DNA of 40,333 nucleotides from positions 1 to 40,333 of IMG/VR virus record IMGVR_UViG_3300050126_000021; one strand, given 5' to 3'. Of the stretch, positions 31,165-40,333 are shown in pieces. Under the pieces are notes generated by a model. The model ran no database searches. It worked only from the letters and a program-made list of their open reading frames with translations, and was not told the origin of the DNA. Origin of the DNA: a virus. Position 1 is the first letter of the stretch. Each line of letters opens with the position of its first letter. The position numbers were made by a program, and so were the translations under genes.

Positions 31165-33024
31165 TCACCACTCCGACTCCTTGAGGAACCAGCTCTCTAG
31201 CCAGTTGAACACAAACTCAGGATCAGTCCCGCTAAGTTGAAACCTTATGTATGGAGCGACTACAGGATTATCGTCACCGCCCATTGTTAGGATTTGTAGG
31301 CTGTAGCCTGTGCCGAAGTTGAAAGTGCCTGCTGTTTCCCACGTCTGGCCTCCGTCGATGCTGAACTCGCACAGGACAGCATTCCCCTTGCCATAGACAC
31401 GCACGCTGTCGAAGCGCTGCATCTCATTCCCAGGGCCGATGTCCTTGGTCTGGAAGCTCCAAGCGATCGCGGTTCCGTTGTCGGTCTGCGCGCTGTAGTC
31501 ATATACATAGACACCGCCAGCCTCTGCATCACACAGCACAATGCTAGCTACGTTGGCTAGAAATATCCGGCTGTCCCACTGTGCCACCTGTTCTGCCCAT
31601 GTCCCAGACGCACTTTCCCAGGTTGTAGTGCTCACCGGCAGGAACGGGTTAGCGCTCACAAAGCTGTTGGCGAACAGCCGTATCGCCCAAGAGTTTTTCT
31701 CTAGGCTGTTGCGGAGCATCTTGTTCGGATAGGTGGCAGTCTTGCCGGCAGGATAGAAGACCCACACTTCATCATAATCCGGCACGTACTGCTCGAACAG
31801 CATAGCCTTGTAAGAAGCGTTCAAATCGCCAATGGCGGAGAGGAAGTTGACATAGATGTTGTCCCCCACTCCCTGTAGATCATATCCGCCACTGTATTGG
31901 TAGATGTTACCTTGGCCGACGAATTGCTGCTCGGCTCCAATTTCTGCAACACCTCCAGCAGAGGACAGACCTTCACCGTAGACGGTGTATTCCCAAAACA
32001 TCGTCTCGTCGAGCAGGCCAAGGTAGGTGCCACGCATGATGGTAGTGTCACGATAGACAATGAGATATGGTCCAACGATGGTTGCCGCTTGGATGAAGTC
32101 CTCAGTGTCGAGCTGGTCGTAGATAGCTGCAATCGACGCGCCACTGTCGCCTCCGGGCGTCCATGATGTTGGATTGCCTAGGTCGCTCATCCTGATCCGC
32201 TGCGGGAGCGCAACACCGGCCTCGACTGTGTTGAACAAGAACAAGCTCTCGTGGAACACTAGCATGTACTGGCATGTCGTGCCTGTGGGTAGATCACTCT
32301 GTCCCTCACCGACAAGTGACCAGAAATATGTCCCGTCGAAGTAGAAGATCGGATCGATGTTGTTAGTTACAATAGTCCACGCCTTAGCGCTCATTGTGAC
32401 GACGATAACTTGCTGGAGTAGGTTCCCGTGCAGCGTAGCGCCTAGGCAGATGTTGCTAGTGTCCGGCACCGTTCGGCCAGCAGGGATTGCCGGGGTGAAG
32501 GCTACTGAGTCACCATTGATCCCAGTGACAGTGACAGGCAGCTGACTCCCATCGTCCAGCGGCAACCCCAGCACCCCGCCGACTTCAACGCCTGTAGTGC
32601 TGGAGAGGACAACTGTTTCACCGCCACTAGCCACGAGCTGAGTGTTAGATAGATACTCTCCCCAAGGAGCGATCTGCCATTGGTTCAGTGCCTGGTCGAG
32701 CAGGTAGACTGTAGCTGTTGTAACCAGTAGCTCACTACTCGTCCCATTTGGGTTGTAGACCTGGAACATGGTCTGCGGCGAGCCGAGATAGACGCCAGTG
32801 ATCGTGCTGCCAAAAGGGACGTAGCCTGTGTCTGGCTGTAGCTGGCCCGCGATCAAGGCCATGTTGATGATTGAGGGTGACTCGTTGTCGTTGAGATCGA
32901 CTGCTGCTTTGTCTGTAACCATTCCACCATCAAGGCGAGGGATGCGTACCTTTTGATAGTCCTCCCGCTGCGCTAGCTGCGCAGTAGTCCGGGCATCTGT
33001 CTCAACCTCTCTAGTCCGCGCCAC
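31165..33024 (-). CDS. Large tail protein (nozzle/tail-tubular-B-like by size and position)
   Basis: 619 aa and beta-rich. No motif-level identification. Confidence 0.45.
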   Translation of the reverse strand: MARTREVETDARTTAQLAQREDYQKVRIPRLDGGMVTDKAAVDLNDNESPSIINMALIAGQLQPDTGYVPFGSTITGVYLGSPQTMFQVYNPNGTSSELLVTTATVYLLDQALNQWQIAPWGEYLSNTQLVASGGETVVLSSTTGVEVGGVLGLPLDDGSQLPVTVTGINGDSVAFTPAIPAGRTVPDTSNICLGATLHGNLLQQVIVVTMSAKAWTIVTNNIDPIFYFDGTYFWSLVGEGQSDLPTGTTCQYMLVFHESLFLFNTVEAGVALPQRIRMSDLGNPTSWTPGGDSGASIAAIYDQLDTEDFIQAATIVGPYLIVYRDTTIMRGTYLGLLDETMFWEYTVYGEGLSSAGGVAEIGAEQQFVGQGNIYQYSGGYDLQGVGDNIYVNFLSAIGDLNASYKAMLFEQYVPDYDEVWVFYPAGKTATYPNKMLRNSLEKNSWAIRLFANSFVSANPFLPVSTTTWESASGTWAEQVAQWDSRIFLANVASIVLCDAEAGGVYVYDYSAQTDNGTAIAWSFQTKDIGPGNEMQRFDSVRVYGKGNAVLCEFSIDGGQTWETAGTFNFGTGYSLQILTMGGDDNPVVAPYIRFQLSGTDPEFVFNWLESWFLKESEW

Positions 33025-33278
33025 TAGACATCATCTCCAGCCGCGTTGACCCATTTGGTGGTGCTGGTACTGAGATACCAGACTGGGTATCCCAGCGTTG
33101 TGTCGAAGAAGAATTGTCCTGTCGTGAGATTGGCAGTAGGCCGAGCTGTGGAGGGGCCGAAGTCAGGATTATTCCACACCGCCGCGATCATCTGATACAT
33201 TCGCTGGACGGACACTACCAGACCCAAGAAGGCTGGCGGGTCTGCTGCGAGTGGCAAGCTCGGCGCTAGCTTTGGCAT
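33024..33278 (-). CDS. Small tail-associated protein
   Basis: GQFFFDTTLGYPVWYLS....WVNAAG resembles a motif common in phage fibre/spike proteins. ATG 33278 follows GAGAGGA (track start 33296). Confidence 0.5.
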   Translation of the reverse strand: MPKLAPSLPLAADPPAFLGLVVSVQRMYQMIAAVWNNPDFGPSTARPTANLTTGQFFFDTTLGYPVWYLSTSTTKWVNAAGDDV

Positions 33279-33564
33279 CGTTGGCATTCCTCTCATGGAG
33301 GGTTAGTGCTAGCGCGCGGACGTTGCTAGTGAAGCCTAGAGCCGCATCTCGGGCCTCTTGGCTGCTCACTGCCCCGGTGTTAGCAGCCTTAACGACGGCG
33401 CTAAGATAGTCCGGTAGCTGTGTCCAGGCGCAGCTCTTGACAACCTTTGTCTCACCCTTATCATTGATGTAGACGCCTTCCCACCAACAGGGGCAGTAGC
33501 GCCGGGCGGCGGGATCAGATGTCTGCGGGCACTCGGCGTTGATCAGAGAGCATTTGCCTGTCAT
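33169..33564 (-). CDS. Cys-containing hypothetical protein
   Basis: 131 aa with an ATGA-type junction with the upstream fibre gene. The last ~37 codons overlap the next gene in another frame. Confidence 0.5.
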   Translation of the reverse strand: MTGKCSLINAECPQTSDPAARRYCPCWWEGVYINDKGETKVVKSCAWTQLPDYLSAVVKAANTGAVSSQEARDAALGFTSNVRALALTLHERNANDAKASAELATRSRPASLLGSGSVRPANVSDDRGGVE

Positions 33565-34460
33565 TAGTTCTTCTTTGCTAACACGCAGTTGATGTACGAA
33601 GGACGCCAGGATGCGTCATTGCTGAACGTTGAATTGGCAGTAGACGAGGCGCTAGGAGAGCTAGCAGTGGAGGTCGCGCTAGACGAAGCGCTGCTGCTTA
33701 GGTTGAGACTGAGGCTGCCTGACCAAGAGTGTGAGTGTGGGTTTCCACTGCCGGAGGTGCTGAAACCAGTGCTTCCTGCCACAGCAAAGACGCTACTGCC
33801 AGAACCGCCTTGCGCTGCGGCGGAGCTGTTTGCTAGTGGTAGAGTAACGCTGAGCGAAGGGGTTTCTGATACCTGGAGACTGTGGCCGGCCACAGTGCCA
33901 GAGACGGAGGAACCATTGTCGCTGGTGGAGACTGAGGTGTTGACAGTTGTGCTGACGCTGGGAGCATTGACATTAGTGTTGACGCTAGTGTTGATCGTTA
34001 CTCCGCTAATCGACCAGCTTCCGCCGCTTCCGCCGCCGGTGCTGTTGACGATCCTGAGCATCACGTCGTTGATGTTCTGTTGCGTCCAGCCGGCTGGCGG
34101 CCCAGCTTGGTAGAAGGGCAACGTGGTCCCGCTTGGAAAGGCTTCTACAGTTCCGGTGGAGGTGAGCTGGACCTGGTTTCCTTCGCTGTCGAGGTAGAAT
34201 AGTTCTGTGTTGCTGCCGACAACTTGCGTGAACACGCAGCCATCTGTTCCGCTAGGTGTGCCTGGTACTCCACTGGCGGCCATGAGAGTGACCTGGAGAT
34301 GCTTCCCGTTGTCGTCAGCATCGCCCCAGGAGTGATCGATGTTAGCGCGCTCTCGGATGTTTGTTTTGAGGTCACGTATCCGGCCCGCGCCCAGGTTGAT
34401 GTTCTCGTTGTCAGCCGGGAGACCTTCGTAGGCTGTGTTCCAGGTATCTTCGAAGGCCAT
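33564..34460 (-). CDS. Tail fibre protein with tail-collar-like C-terminal features
   Basis: The N-terminus (AGRIRDLKTNIRER..IDHSW) is typical of short fibres. S/T/N-rich repeats are followed by HSHSW and a terminal WRPSYINCVLAKK. Confidence 0.7.
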   Translation of the reverse strand: MAFEDTWNTAYEGLPADNENINLGAGRIRDLKTNIRERANIDHSWGDADDNGKHLQVTLMAASGVPGTPSGTDGCVFTQVVGSNTELFYLDSEGNQVQLTSTGTVEAFPSGTTLPFYQAGPPAGWTQQNINDVMLRIVNSTGGGSGGSWSISGVTINTSVNTNVNAPSVSTTVNTSVSTSDNGSSVSGTVAGHSLQVSETPSLSVTLPLANSSAAAQGGSGSSVFAVAGSTGFSTSGSGNPHSHSWSGSLSLNLSSSASSSATSTASSPSASSTANSTFSNDASWRPSYINCVLAKKN

Positions 34461-34597
34461 TAGAGGTACTTCTTGATGATTGACGCAGCACCTTCGCGCG
34501 AGCCGAGCTTAGGAGAACCGGGCGGCTTTGGCCCTTTCAACTTAACTGGCTTCAAGCCCTTCGGCTTCTTCGGCTTGGGAATGTGTATGGTTGCCAT
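34460..34597 (-). CDS. Unlisted 45-aa Lys/Pro-rich basic protein
   Basis: My translation is MATIHIPKPKKPKGLKPVKLKGPKPPGSPKLGSREGAASIIKKYL. It fills the gap exactly, with TAGATG upstream and TAATG downstream. Confidence 0.5.
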   Translation of the reverse strand: MATIHIPKPKKPKGLKPVKLKGPKPPGSPKLGSREGAASIIKKYL

Positions 34598-34993
34598 CTA
34601 AGCTACCAGTGAGAATGCAGTGCCGTTCCATTCTAGGGTGACGCTGCCGTTGGGAATGTTTAAGGTGAAGGTCGCCGACGTGCCGTTGCCGGTGTTGATG
34701 AGGTTCCCGTTGCCATTCAGCGTGATCGGGTTGTTGTTAGCATTGTCGCTGGTGTCAATCACCGTCCAGCGTTGACCGGCGACGAGGTTAGCAGTTGTGG
34801 GCAACAGCAATGTCACATCCCCTGGCGCATCGACGTAGACTGATTGGAAGGTGCCAGTTAGTGTGGGGAGTTGAGTAGTTCCAGCAGCCGTGATCGTCAG
34901 CGTGTTCTGGAGCACAACTGCGGTTCCTTCCGTCAGCTCGTACCATTGCAGCGGGCCGACAAGATCGACGAGGGGGCTTGGCAGGTCGGCCAT
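34598..34993 (-). CDS. Small beta-rich fibre-associated protein
   Basis: 131 aa. GQRWTVIDTSDNANNNPITLNGNG.LI and VTLEWNG..F resemble small proteins found in phage fibre clusters. Confidence 0.55.
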   Translation of the reverse strand: MADLPSPLVDLVGPLQWYELTEGTAVVLQNTLTITAAGTTQLPTLTGTFQSVYVDAPGDVTLLLPTTANLVAGQRWTVIDTSDNANNNPITLNGNGNLINTGNGTSATFTLNIPNGSVTLEWNGTAFSLVA

Positions 34994-35721
34994 TAGCCGG
35001 GCGCTCTGGTGACAAGCGGATCAGCCCAGTACGGGCCTTGTGTGACCCCGCCTAGCGCTGGCACATCTCTACTCACCTCAATATCCGGCCGCGTGTCGTC
35101 CTTGTCAATTGCTTCGTCAAGCTGCTCTTTCGACAGTGCCTCAAAGTAAGCTGCCCGGTCAGGGCGACCAAGGGTTTTGAAGAAATAGGCTAGGCTGTAG
35201 CTAATCAGTAAGTCGTCCTTGTTCTCAAAATCACTTGTCTGGCTTTGCGCCCCTACGACAAATGGCGTTGCGAAGGTGGTGAAGGAGAGTTGGGCGGTGA
35301 ATGGCAGGAAGGGCGCGGGGACCATGACGATGATGTTGCCCCATCGCTTGTAGACAATCGGCCATCCTGCCGGCACCCATTCTGGAGCCGGATAATGGCT
35401 GTCGAACCAGCGCCAGGGCTTCTCGATCACCTTCCGCGACTGGCCCATCGAGCTGAGGTTGCTGCTCGTGTCGAGACAGACGAAGCTGTGGATGGTTTTA
35501 GTTCGTGGCGGCGGGATCATATACTTGTCCAGCGCCGGGTTGCTGGTGAAGGACATGGCGGCGAAGCTGACTGTAGCCATCTCGCTAAAATCATAAGCGC
35601 GGCCGATGCGGGATTGTGCTAGGTTCAGCACATTAACGATACGTGCAGTTGAGATGTCCTGCCGGTTGCCTAGCCCGGCGCTTATCTCTGTCTCGAACTC
35701 TGCAAGAGTAAGGACACCCAT
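34993..35721 (-). CDS. Virion protein (adaptor/tail-tubular-A-like by position)
   Basis: ATG 35721 lies just after the upstream stop. 242 aa. Function inferred from position only. Confidence 0.5.
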   Translation of the reverse strand: MGVLTLAEFETEISAGLGNRQDISTARIVNVLNLAQSRIGRAYDFSEMATVSFAAMSFTSNPALDKYMIPPPRTKTIHSFVCLDTSSNLSSMGQSRKVIEKPWRWFDSHYPAPEWVPAGWPIVYKRWGNIIVMVPAPFLPFTAQLSFTTFATPFVVGAQSQTSDFENKDDLLISYSLAYFFKTLGRPDRAAYFEALSKEQLDEAIDKDDTRPDIEVSRDVPALGGVTQGPYWADPLVTRAPG

Positions 35722-35728
35722 TCGACCA

Positions 35729-36349
35729 TCAGCCCATCTGCCCCACGGCGATGAAGTCAAAGGTGCCAACGTTGGTTGAGTTGGGGACTTCGGTAAGGGC
35801 TGCGGCAGAGTTGGAGCTGGCGGTGTAGGCGGCTCGTGGCAGGCTCTCGACGCCTGGGGCTGCCCCAGAGGTGAAAGTGATGCTGAGCACGTCGCTTACC
35901 TCGCGCGGGATGATGATATCCTTGCCGCTGAGGTTTGGCGTGGTGTACCCGCCGCGGTTGAGAGTGATGCTTGAATAGGTTCCTCCGCTGATAACGACTT
36001 CATCTGGTACGGTAGCGGTGTGTTGGAAGGTGACGCTGGTAGCGCTGGTTAGCGCCACGGCAGAACCTGCGGCGGCTAGAGCAATGTTTGCCGTCAGTGC
36101 TGCGGTCTGATAAGCACGGAAGCACTGGTTTGTGTCGTCCCACTTGATCACATAACCGTTGCTGCTAAGTCCGTTCGGGATAACTCGCAGCAAGCCGCCG
36201 GTGGCGAAGTAGCCGAGCAGGGTGCTAAAGGCTACCTTGGTCTGTGAGTAGGACGACAGATTGATCGTCCCTTGGATGATCCCGAAGGGCGACGTGCCGA
36301 TCCGATTGGTTTTTAGCGGATCGAGGGTGGCAGTGAGGGTGTCAGCCAT
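35729..36349 (-). CDS. Hypothetical virion protein
   Basis: 206 aa in the head-tail block. Confidence 0.55.
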   Translation of the reverse strand: MADTLTATLDPLKTNRIGTSPFGIIQGTINLSSYSQTKVAFSTLLGYFATGGLLRVIPNGLSSNGYVIKWDDTNQCFRAYQTAALTANIALAAAGSAVALTSATSVTFQHTATVPDEVVISGGTYSSITLNRGGYTTPNLSGKDIIIPREVSDVLSITFTSGAAPGVESLPRAAYTASSNSAAALTEVPNSTNVGTFDFIAVGQMG

Positions 36350-36361
36350 CTCGGCCTCTGG

Positions 36362-36856
36362 CTAGAAGGGGAAGGCGAGCGCTACAACCGGCGCAGAGGT
36401 GGTGCTGCTGTCCACGAGCCAGCCGACGATCTGACAGGGAGCGCTGGTGGCGGCGTTGAGAGTTTTTGAGGTGGCTCCGCTGACAGTGAGCGGCACCCCG
36501 ACAGCAGTGCTTCCGCCGATGACCTGATCCAGCGTGGCGACTCCCTTGATCTGGAGCCAGCCGTAGTAAGGTCCGCCTGTGGCGCTGACGGTGGCTTGCA
36601 CAACTCCGGCTCCAAGGTTGGTGTTCACCACGTCGACAAGCTGTAGCATGTCGTCGGTTGCGTTTCCGGAAGCGTTGACGTAGCAGGCCACGTCGCCAGC
36701 AGCCAGGGCGGCTGTCACCTGCCCGGTCGTGCTTGCGCCGAACTGCACGTACTTGTAGACGTGGTTCTGATCCGACCTGATCGCCCCAAGCGGCTCCTTG
36801 GCGGTGATGTCGATATCGGTTAGCTGCGTCGTGAATGCGACAATCGGTGAGGACAT
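36362..36856 (-). CDS. Putative head decoration or accessory capsid protein
   Basis: 164 aa immediately downstream of the major capsid gene. Gly/Ala/Val/Thr-rich and beta-like. Confidence 0.45.
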   Translation of the reverse strand: MSSPIVAFTTQLTDIDITAKEPLGAIRSDQNHVYKYVQFGASTTGQVTAALAAGDVACYVNASGNATDDMLQLVDVVNTNLGAGVVQATVSATGGPYYGWLQIKGVATLDQVIGGSTAVGVPLTVSGATSKTLNAATSAPCQIVGWLVDSSTTSAPVVALAFPF

Positions 36857-36866
36857 AGTGGCTCCT

Positions 36867-37847
36867 TTACGGTGTGTTGATGGTACTCAGCACCCCTAGC
36901 ACGCGGCGGCGATTGGTGAGGAAGGAGCAGAACGTGGTGATCTGAGCTGCGCGGTCGTTGACCTGCTGCGGGATCGGCTTCCACTCGGTCATGTCGAAGA
37001 AGAAGGCCGGATCGTAGACGAACTCGATGAATTTGGTATTGAGGAAGTACATGCGGGCGGTGATGCTGGGGGACCAGACCATCGGGATGCGCTTGTAGGA
37101 CTGGCTATCGAACCCGGCATCTGCCAGCTTGCGGTCGGTGAAGCGGAGCGCGGGGAGCACTGTGTCCTCGTAGTACTCATAGCTCGACATGTCGCTGAGG
37201 ATGATGTCTGGCGCATCCATCTTGCGGTTGTTCATGCAGAGGTTGAGCAGGTGGCGCATCTTGTTGACGCCGTTGACCGCGAATGACAGGCCGGTCATGT
37301 CGATCGCCTGATTTTGCCACCAGGTATAGACGCTGGGATCGATGCCGCCGGCGTTGTAGGTGCTGCTGGCAACGTTGGCGAAGTCGGGGACGAGGAATTG
37401 TAGCCCGTCGATTGCGTTGCTAGCTGCGCCTGCGCCTGCGGCTAGCTGAGTCTCTAGTGTTGAGACTAGACTGTCCTCGGTGTTGTCGAGCTTCTGGTTC
37501 ACCCAGTCGAGGATTTTCTCGCTTCCGCTGTTTTGCTGATCATCGACCCCGAAGCGGAGGATGTTGGCGACGAGCTGCCGCCAATAGTATTGGCCGACGG
37601 TGAGGAACTTGTAGTCGTTCATGGCTACGGTTCCGCCGCGGGTCAACCACTGCACGGTGCTGTTCTGTGCGTAGGCAAGGTTTACCTCGATCAGTCTCCC
37701 GCCGCGCTCTGGCCTGATCTTGCCTTTATCGCGTAGGAAGTACCAGAACGGCGCGGCTGTGAAGATGTTGTCTCCGACCCCTGGCAACCGCTTCTGCCAA
37801 GTAGTAGTGTAGAGATCGTCGAGGGCTACCGTGACGCTGTTGACCAT
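36867..37847 (-). CDS. Major capsid protein
   Basis: 326 aa, immediately after the scaffold gene. The C-terminal pattern IPMVWSP...MYFLN..FIEFVYDP.FFFDMTEWKPIP is typical of HK97-fold podovirus coat proteins. Confidence 0.75.
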   Translation of the reverse strand: MVNSVTVALDDLYTTTWQKRLPGVGDNIFTAAPFWYFLRDKGKIRPERGGRLIEVNLAYAQNSTVQWLTRGGTVAMNDYKFLTVGQYYWRQLVANILRFGVDDQQNSGSEKILDWVNQKLDNTEDSLVSTLETQLAAGAGAASNAIDGLQFLVPDFANVASSTYNAGGIDPSVYTWWQNQAIDMTGLSFAVNGVNKMRHLLNLCMNNRKMDAPDIILSDMSSYEYYEDTVLPALRFTDRKLADAGFDSQSYKRIPMVWSPSITARMYFLNTKFIEFVYDPAFFFDMTEWKPIPQQVNDRAAQITTFCSFLTNRRRVLGVLSTINTP

Positions 37848-37858
37848 TGCTTAGCTCC

Positions 37859-38629
37859 TTACAGGTCGCGTAGTGCACGAAGGACGCCAGAGTGACGCGC
37901 TTCTACTTCGCGACCGGCTTCGCGTGCGGCGGTGGATTTGTCGAGGATGGTGGGCTTGTCGCCGTCGTTGGAGCTGAACCCGTTGGAGAAGGCGAAGGGT
38001 TTCGGCTTCTCGACTGGCGGGTTGTATTTCAGCTCCAGCGTGCGGGCCTTCTCGGGGTTGTGGACCTTGGCGAGCAGATAGATGTCCTCAATCGGCATGT
38101 GTTGACCGTACTGGGTGCCGGCGATGGCTAGCATCTCGTCCTTCCAGTCGGTCAGGTCTTTGTGCTGGCCTTTGAGGCGATCAACCTCGCGCTTCCCCTC
38201 CTGCGCGCTAGTGTTGGTTTCCAGGCTGACCAGCTTCTCGGTGAAGGGGACGAGAGCTTCCTTGATCGCGTTGGCGATCAAGTCGTTGGTGTGACCGTGA
38301 AGCCACTCGACTACTTGACCGTTGGTCATCTCGTCGAAGTTGGGCGGCGGCTCTGGCTCTGGAGCAGGCGGCTTGCTGGCATCACGGACAACATGCGTCA
38401 GGCCGTCGAGCTTCGGGCCGAGTGCGTCGGCTACGCCCTTGTTGATCCTGGCTGGTAGATCGTCCAGGCTCTTGGTGAATGCGCCCCAGTCGATAGCGGC
38501 TGCTCCATTGCCAGCATTCCCCGCTCCGCCAGGGGAAGCCTCTCCCCCGTCGCCGCTGCTAGCAAGGAGCAGCCTTTGCTGAAAGGCTGGTTGGTAGGGT
38601 GAAAGGATTGTGCTGCTTCGGAGCGTCAT
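37859..38629 (-). CDS. Scaffolding protein
   Basis: 256 aa, charged and helical with Pro/Ala-rich linkers. Lies directly upstream of the capsid gene. Confidence 0.6.
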   Translation of the reverse strand: MTLRSSTILSPYQPAFQQRLLLASSGDGGEASPGGAGNAGNGAAAIDWGAFTKSLDDLPARINKGVADALGPKLDGLTHVVRDASKPPAPEPEPPPNFDEMTNGQVVEWLHGHTNDLIANAIKEALVPFTEKLVSLETNTSAQEGKREVDRLKGQHKDLTDWKDEMLAIAGTQYGQHMPIEDIYLLAKVHNPEKARTLELKYNPPVEKPKPFAFSNGFSSNDGDKPTILDKSTAAREAGREVEARHSGVLRALRDL

Positions 38630-38865
38630 GCTGCTCTCCTACGGCGTGGTGGTGTCGCTGGGCTGGCTGGCGGTTGTTCTGCCTCGCGGGCTGCTCTCGC
38701 TTCTACCTGGGCTATCTGGATAGCCTTGTAGATGTTCGAGAGGTTGTGTTCGATGGCGTTGGGAGTGATCTTGCCGACTGGCGAGAAGGTGCAGACAGGG
38801 TATGGGACGCCGCCTGTCTCTATGAACTTGATGGTCATCTCGCCGCAGGATTGGATGTCTGTCAT
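38626..38865 (-). CDS. Small hypothetical protein
   Basis: 79 aa with an ATGA overlap with the scaffold gene. First ORF downstream of motif copy C. Confidence 0.5.
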   Translation of the reverse strand: MTDIQSCGEMTIKFIETGGVPYPVCTFSPVGKITPNAIEHNLSNIYKAIQIAQVEARAAREAEQPPASPATPPRRRRAA

Positions 38866-38907
38866 GGCTTAAGGTGCCGGTTGAAGGGGGTTGATGTCAA
38901 GAGGATA

Positions 38908-38920
38908 ATAATGTAATCAC
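38908..38920 (-). promoter_or_regulatory. Copy C of the conserved motif GTGATTACATTAT
   Basis: Reverse complement of ATAATGTAATCAC. Lies in the 64-nt gap upstream of the scaffold/capsid block. Confidence 0.6.
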
Positions 38921-38929
38921 TGGCCAGGA

Positions 38930-39232
38930 TCACACCCATCTATCAGGACCGCTCTTGAAGATCAAGCTGTCTTGCAGGTACTTGCTGTACAGGCCGCGCT
39001 TGTCTGCTTCTTGGCGCAGGACTTCTGGAGAGCTGATCGGTGGGGTTGGTTCCCAGGGATGGTACATGTGCTCGAAGACCTTCTCTCCGAAGAACTGGAG
39101 TGCTGGCTTCTGGATCGGCCGGGACATATCTCTGGCGCGATCTTCCGCGCACAAGTCGCAGGGCTGGTCGGTGAGATGATTGCAGTTCGGCCGATCCGTC
39201 CTGCGGATGCGGATGCGCCACGGTCGGCTCAT
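38930..39232 (-). CDS. Hypothetical protein
   Basis: ATG 39232 forms an ATGA overlap with the upstream stop (track start 39262). 100 aa. Confidence 0.5.
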   Translation of the reverse strand: MSRPWRIRIRRTDRPNCNHLTDQPCDLCAEDRARDMSRPIQKPALQFFGEKVFEHMYHPWEPTPPISSPEVLRQEADKRGLYSKYLQDSLIFKSGPDRWV

Positions 39233-39426
39233 GCTGGAAGTTCCTCTGCTGTGAGATGCCACCTGTCGCTTAGGTCTCGCGCCGGGTGCATCTTGTTGTG
39301 CTTGCGGTAGGCAGTGTGAGAGATGTCGATCTGCTTCTGCGCGGCTTCGAGGGTGTCATAGGTTTTGTAGGTGCCAAGCGGACCTTGGCGCTTCCTTCCT
39401 TCAAAGGCGACAAGCTGGTATGGCAT
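39229..39426 (-). CDS. Small hypothetical protein
   Basis: ATG 39426 overlaps the portal stop as TGATG. 65 aa. Confidence 0.5.
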   Translation of the reverse strand: MPYQLVAFEGRKRQGPLGTYKTYDTLEAAQKQIDISHTAYRKHNKMHPARDLSDRWHLTAEELPA

Positions 39427-40333
39427 CACGCTACTCGCGGCGGCTGTGGCTGGGGAACGAGCTGAGGCTTCTGCCGGTGCATGTCGTGGAGATGCTTCGC
39501 GGCTTCTGCAAGCTGCATCGGGTTTTGTTGCGTGGTTTGCATGGCGGGGTTGGAGAGGAGCATGTCGGCTTCAAAGCCGTAGACTTGTGACAGGGTGAAC
39601 TCTGTAAGAGCGCGAGGATCGATGTTAGGATCTCCTTGCAGCTCTTTCCGCATCACCACTGCCTTTTGCTCGCGGTATTCGCGGGTCAGGGGGACGTTGC
39701 TGTCTGGATCGACCTTGATATCATAACGCCCGTTCTTGAGCAGGTCTGGCTGGAACTTGATCCAGATTGGCACACCGCCAGGGCCAGCGATGTCGAGGAC
39801 CATGCTCTCATCCCAGTACTCAGCAATGTCGTCGTTCATGTCCTCGATGAAGCTGACAAGCAAGTCTGCGCAAGCATCCCGGCGCTCGTCTATTCTGATC
39901 TGGGTTGCCTGGTTGACAATGTTGGCTTCTGTGGCACTGCGATCTGCGCTGCCAGGGGCGAACTCGCCGAACTGGTTGACGCCCAGGCCAAGGATTTCCT
40001 CTACCTCTTTGTCAACAAGAGCTTCCATTTCGACAAGCCCGGAAGGTAGCGGGATCGGCTCTATAGGCCGAACGGAGTTGATACCGTTAGCGCCAGTGAC
40101 TTGCACAGCCACGTTCACGTTGTCATCAGCCAGGAGCTTCGATAGCTCATCTGGAGAGATGGAACCTTTCTCGTAGAGTAGTTTCAACAACATAATCCGG
40201 CGATGGTATTTCAACTGGGTTCGGATTTCGTTCTTCTCGATCTGCTGTGGTTCAATGATGATGCTGTCGGGGATGCCCCAAAAGTTCTCATCATCTTGGT
40301 TGAAGATCAGCGGATAGACAGGGAGCCGGCCGT
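39426..40333 (-). CDS. Portal protein, C-terminal part (continuation of 968..1; the last 127 nt duplicate the left end)
   Basis: The frame is open from the right edge. The track 'start' at 40214 is an internal TTG (Leu) of ...EIRTQLKYHRR... Confidence 0.75.
   Translation of the reverse strand, partial: GRLPVYPLIFNQDDENFWGIPDSIIIEPQQIEKNEIRTQLKYHRRIMLLKLLYEKGSISPDELSKLLADDNVNVAVQVTGANGINSVRPIEPIPLPSGLVEMEALVDKEVEEILGLGVNQFGEFAPGSADRSATEANIVNQATQIRIDERRDACADLLVSFIEDMNDDIAEYWDESMVLDIAGPGGVPIWIKFQPDLLKNGRYDIKVDPDSNVPLTREYREQKAVVMRKELQGDPNIDPRALTEFTLSQVYGFEADMLLSNPAMQTTQQNPMQLAEAAKHLHDMHRQKPQLVPQPQPPRVA
40207..40333. repeat. Right copy of the 127-bp terminal duplication
   Basis: Identical to 1-127. 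Confidence 0.95.

Overview
This window appears to be one complete, circularly closed genome of a tailed phage. Bases 1-127 are identical to 40207-40333, so the unique length is 40,206 bp, and the contig break falls inside the portal gene.

The genome has two convergent arms. They diverge in a repeat-rich non-coding hub at about 7730-8646 and meet at a shared CTAG at 25304-25307.

**Plus arm (8647-25307), early and middle genes:**
- About 15 small ORFs of unknown function, including Cys-rich zinc-ribbon-like proteins and a (Gly-X)n repeat protein.
- A TibC/Aah-like protein O-heptosyltransferase.
- A recombination set: a PD-(D/E)XK exonuclease, an AAA_24/Sak4-like ATPase and a DUF669-like protein.
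- An endolysin.
- A family-A DNA polymerase split into two ORFs. The first carries an N-terminal UDG-like domain. Four genes lie between the halves, including a DnaQ-like exonuclease.
- A P-loop replication protein.

**Minus arm (8303 leftwards, through the contig junction, to 25304), late genes:**
- A putative small terminase.
- A run of seven membrane or exported small proteins plus one soluble unknown.
- TerL.
- A PurD-like ATP-grasp enzyme.
- Portal, scaffold, major capsid and tail genes.
- A GNAT acetyltransferase.
- A protein with an S74 chaperone domain.
- A large internal virion protein with a lytic transglycosylase domain.

I found no tape-measure, sheath or tube genes, which suggests a podovirus-like virion. 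I recognised no integrase, repressor module, RNA polymerase, tRNA or CRISPR array.

All family calls rest on motifs I read by eye in the supplied translations. No search was run. The strongest candidates for new biology are:
- the orphan phage heptosyltransferase;
- the ATP-grasp gene between TerL and portal;
- the exported-protein island between the putative TerS and TerL;
- the GNAT gene in the tail/ejection block;
- a 13-nt intergenic motif present three times.
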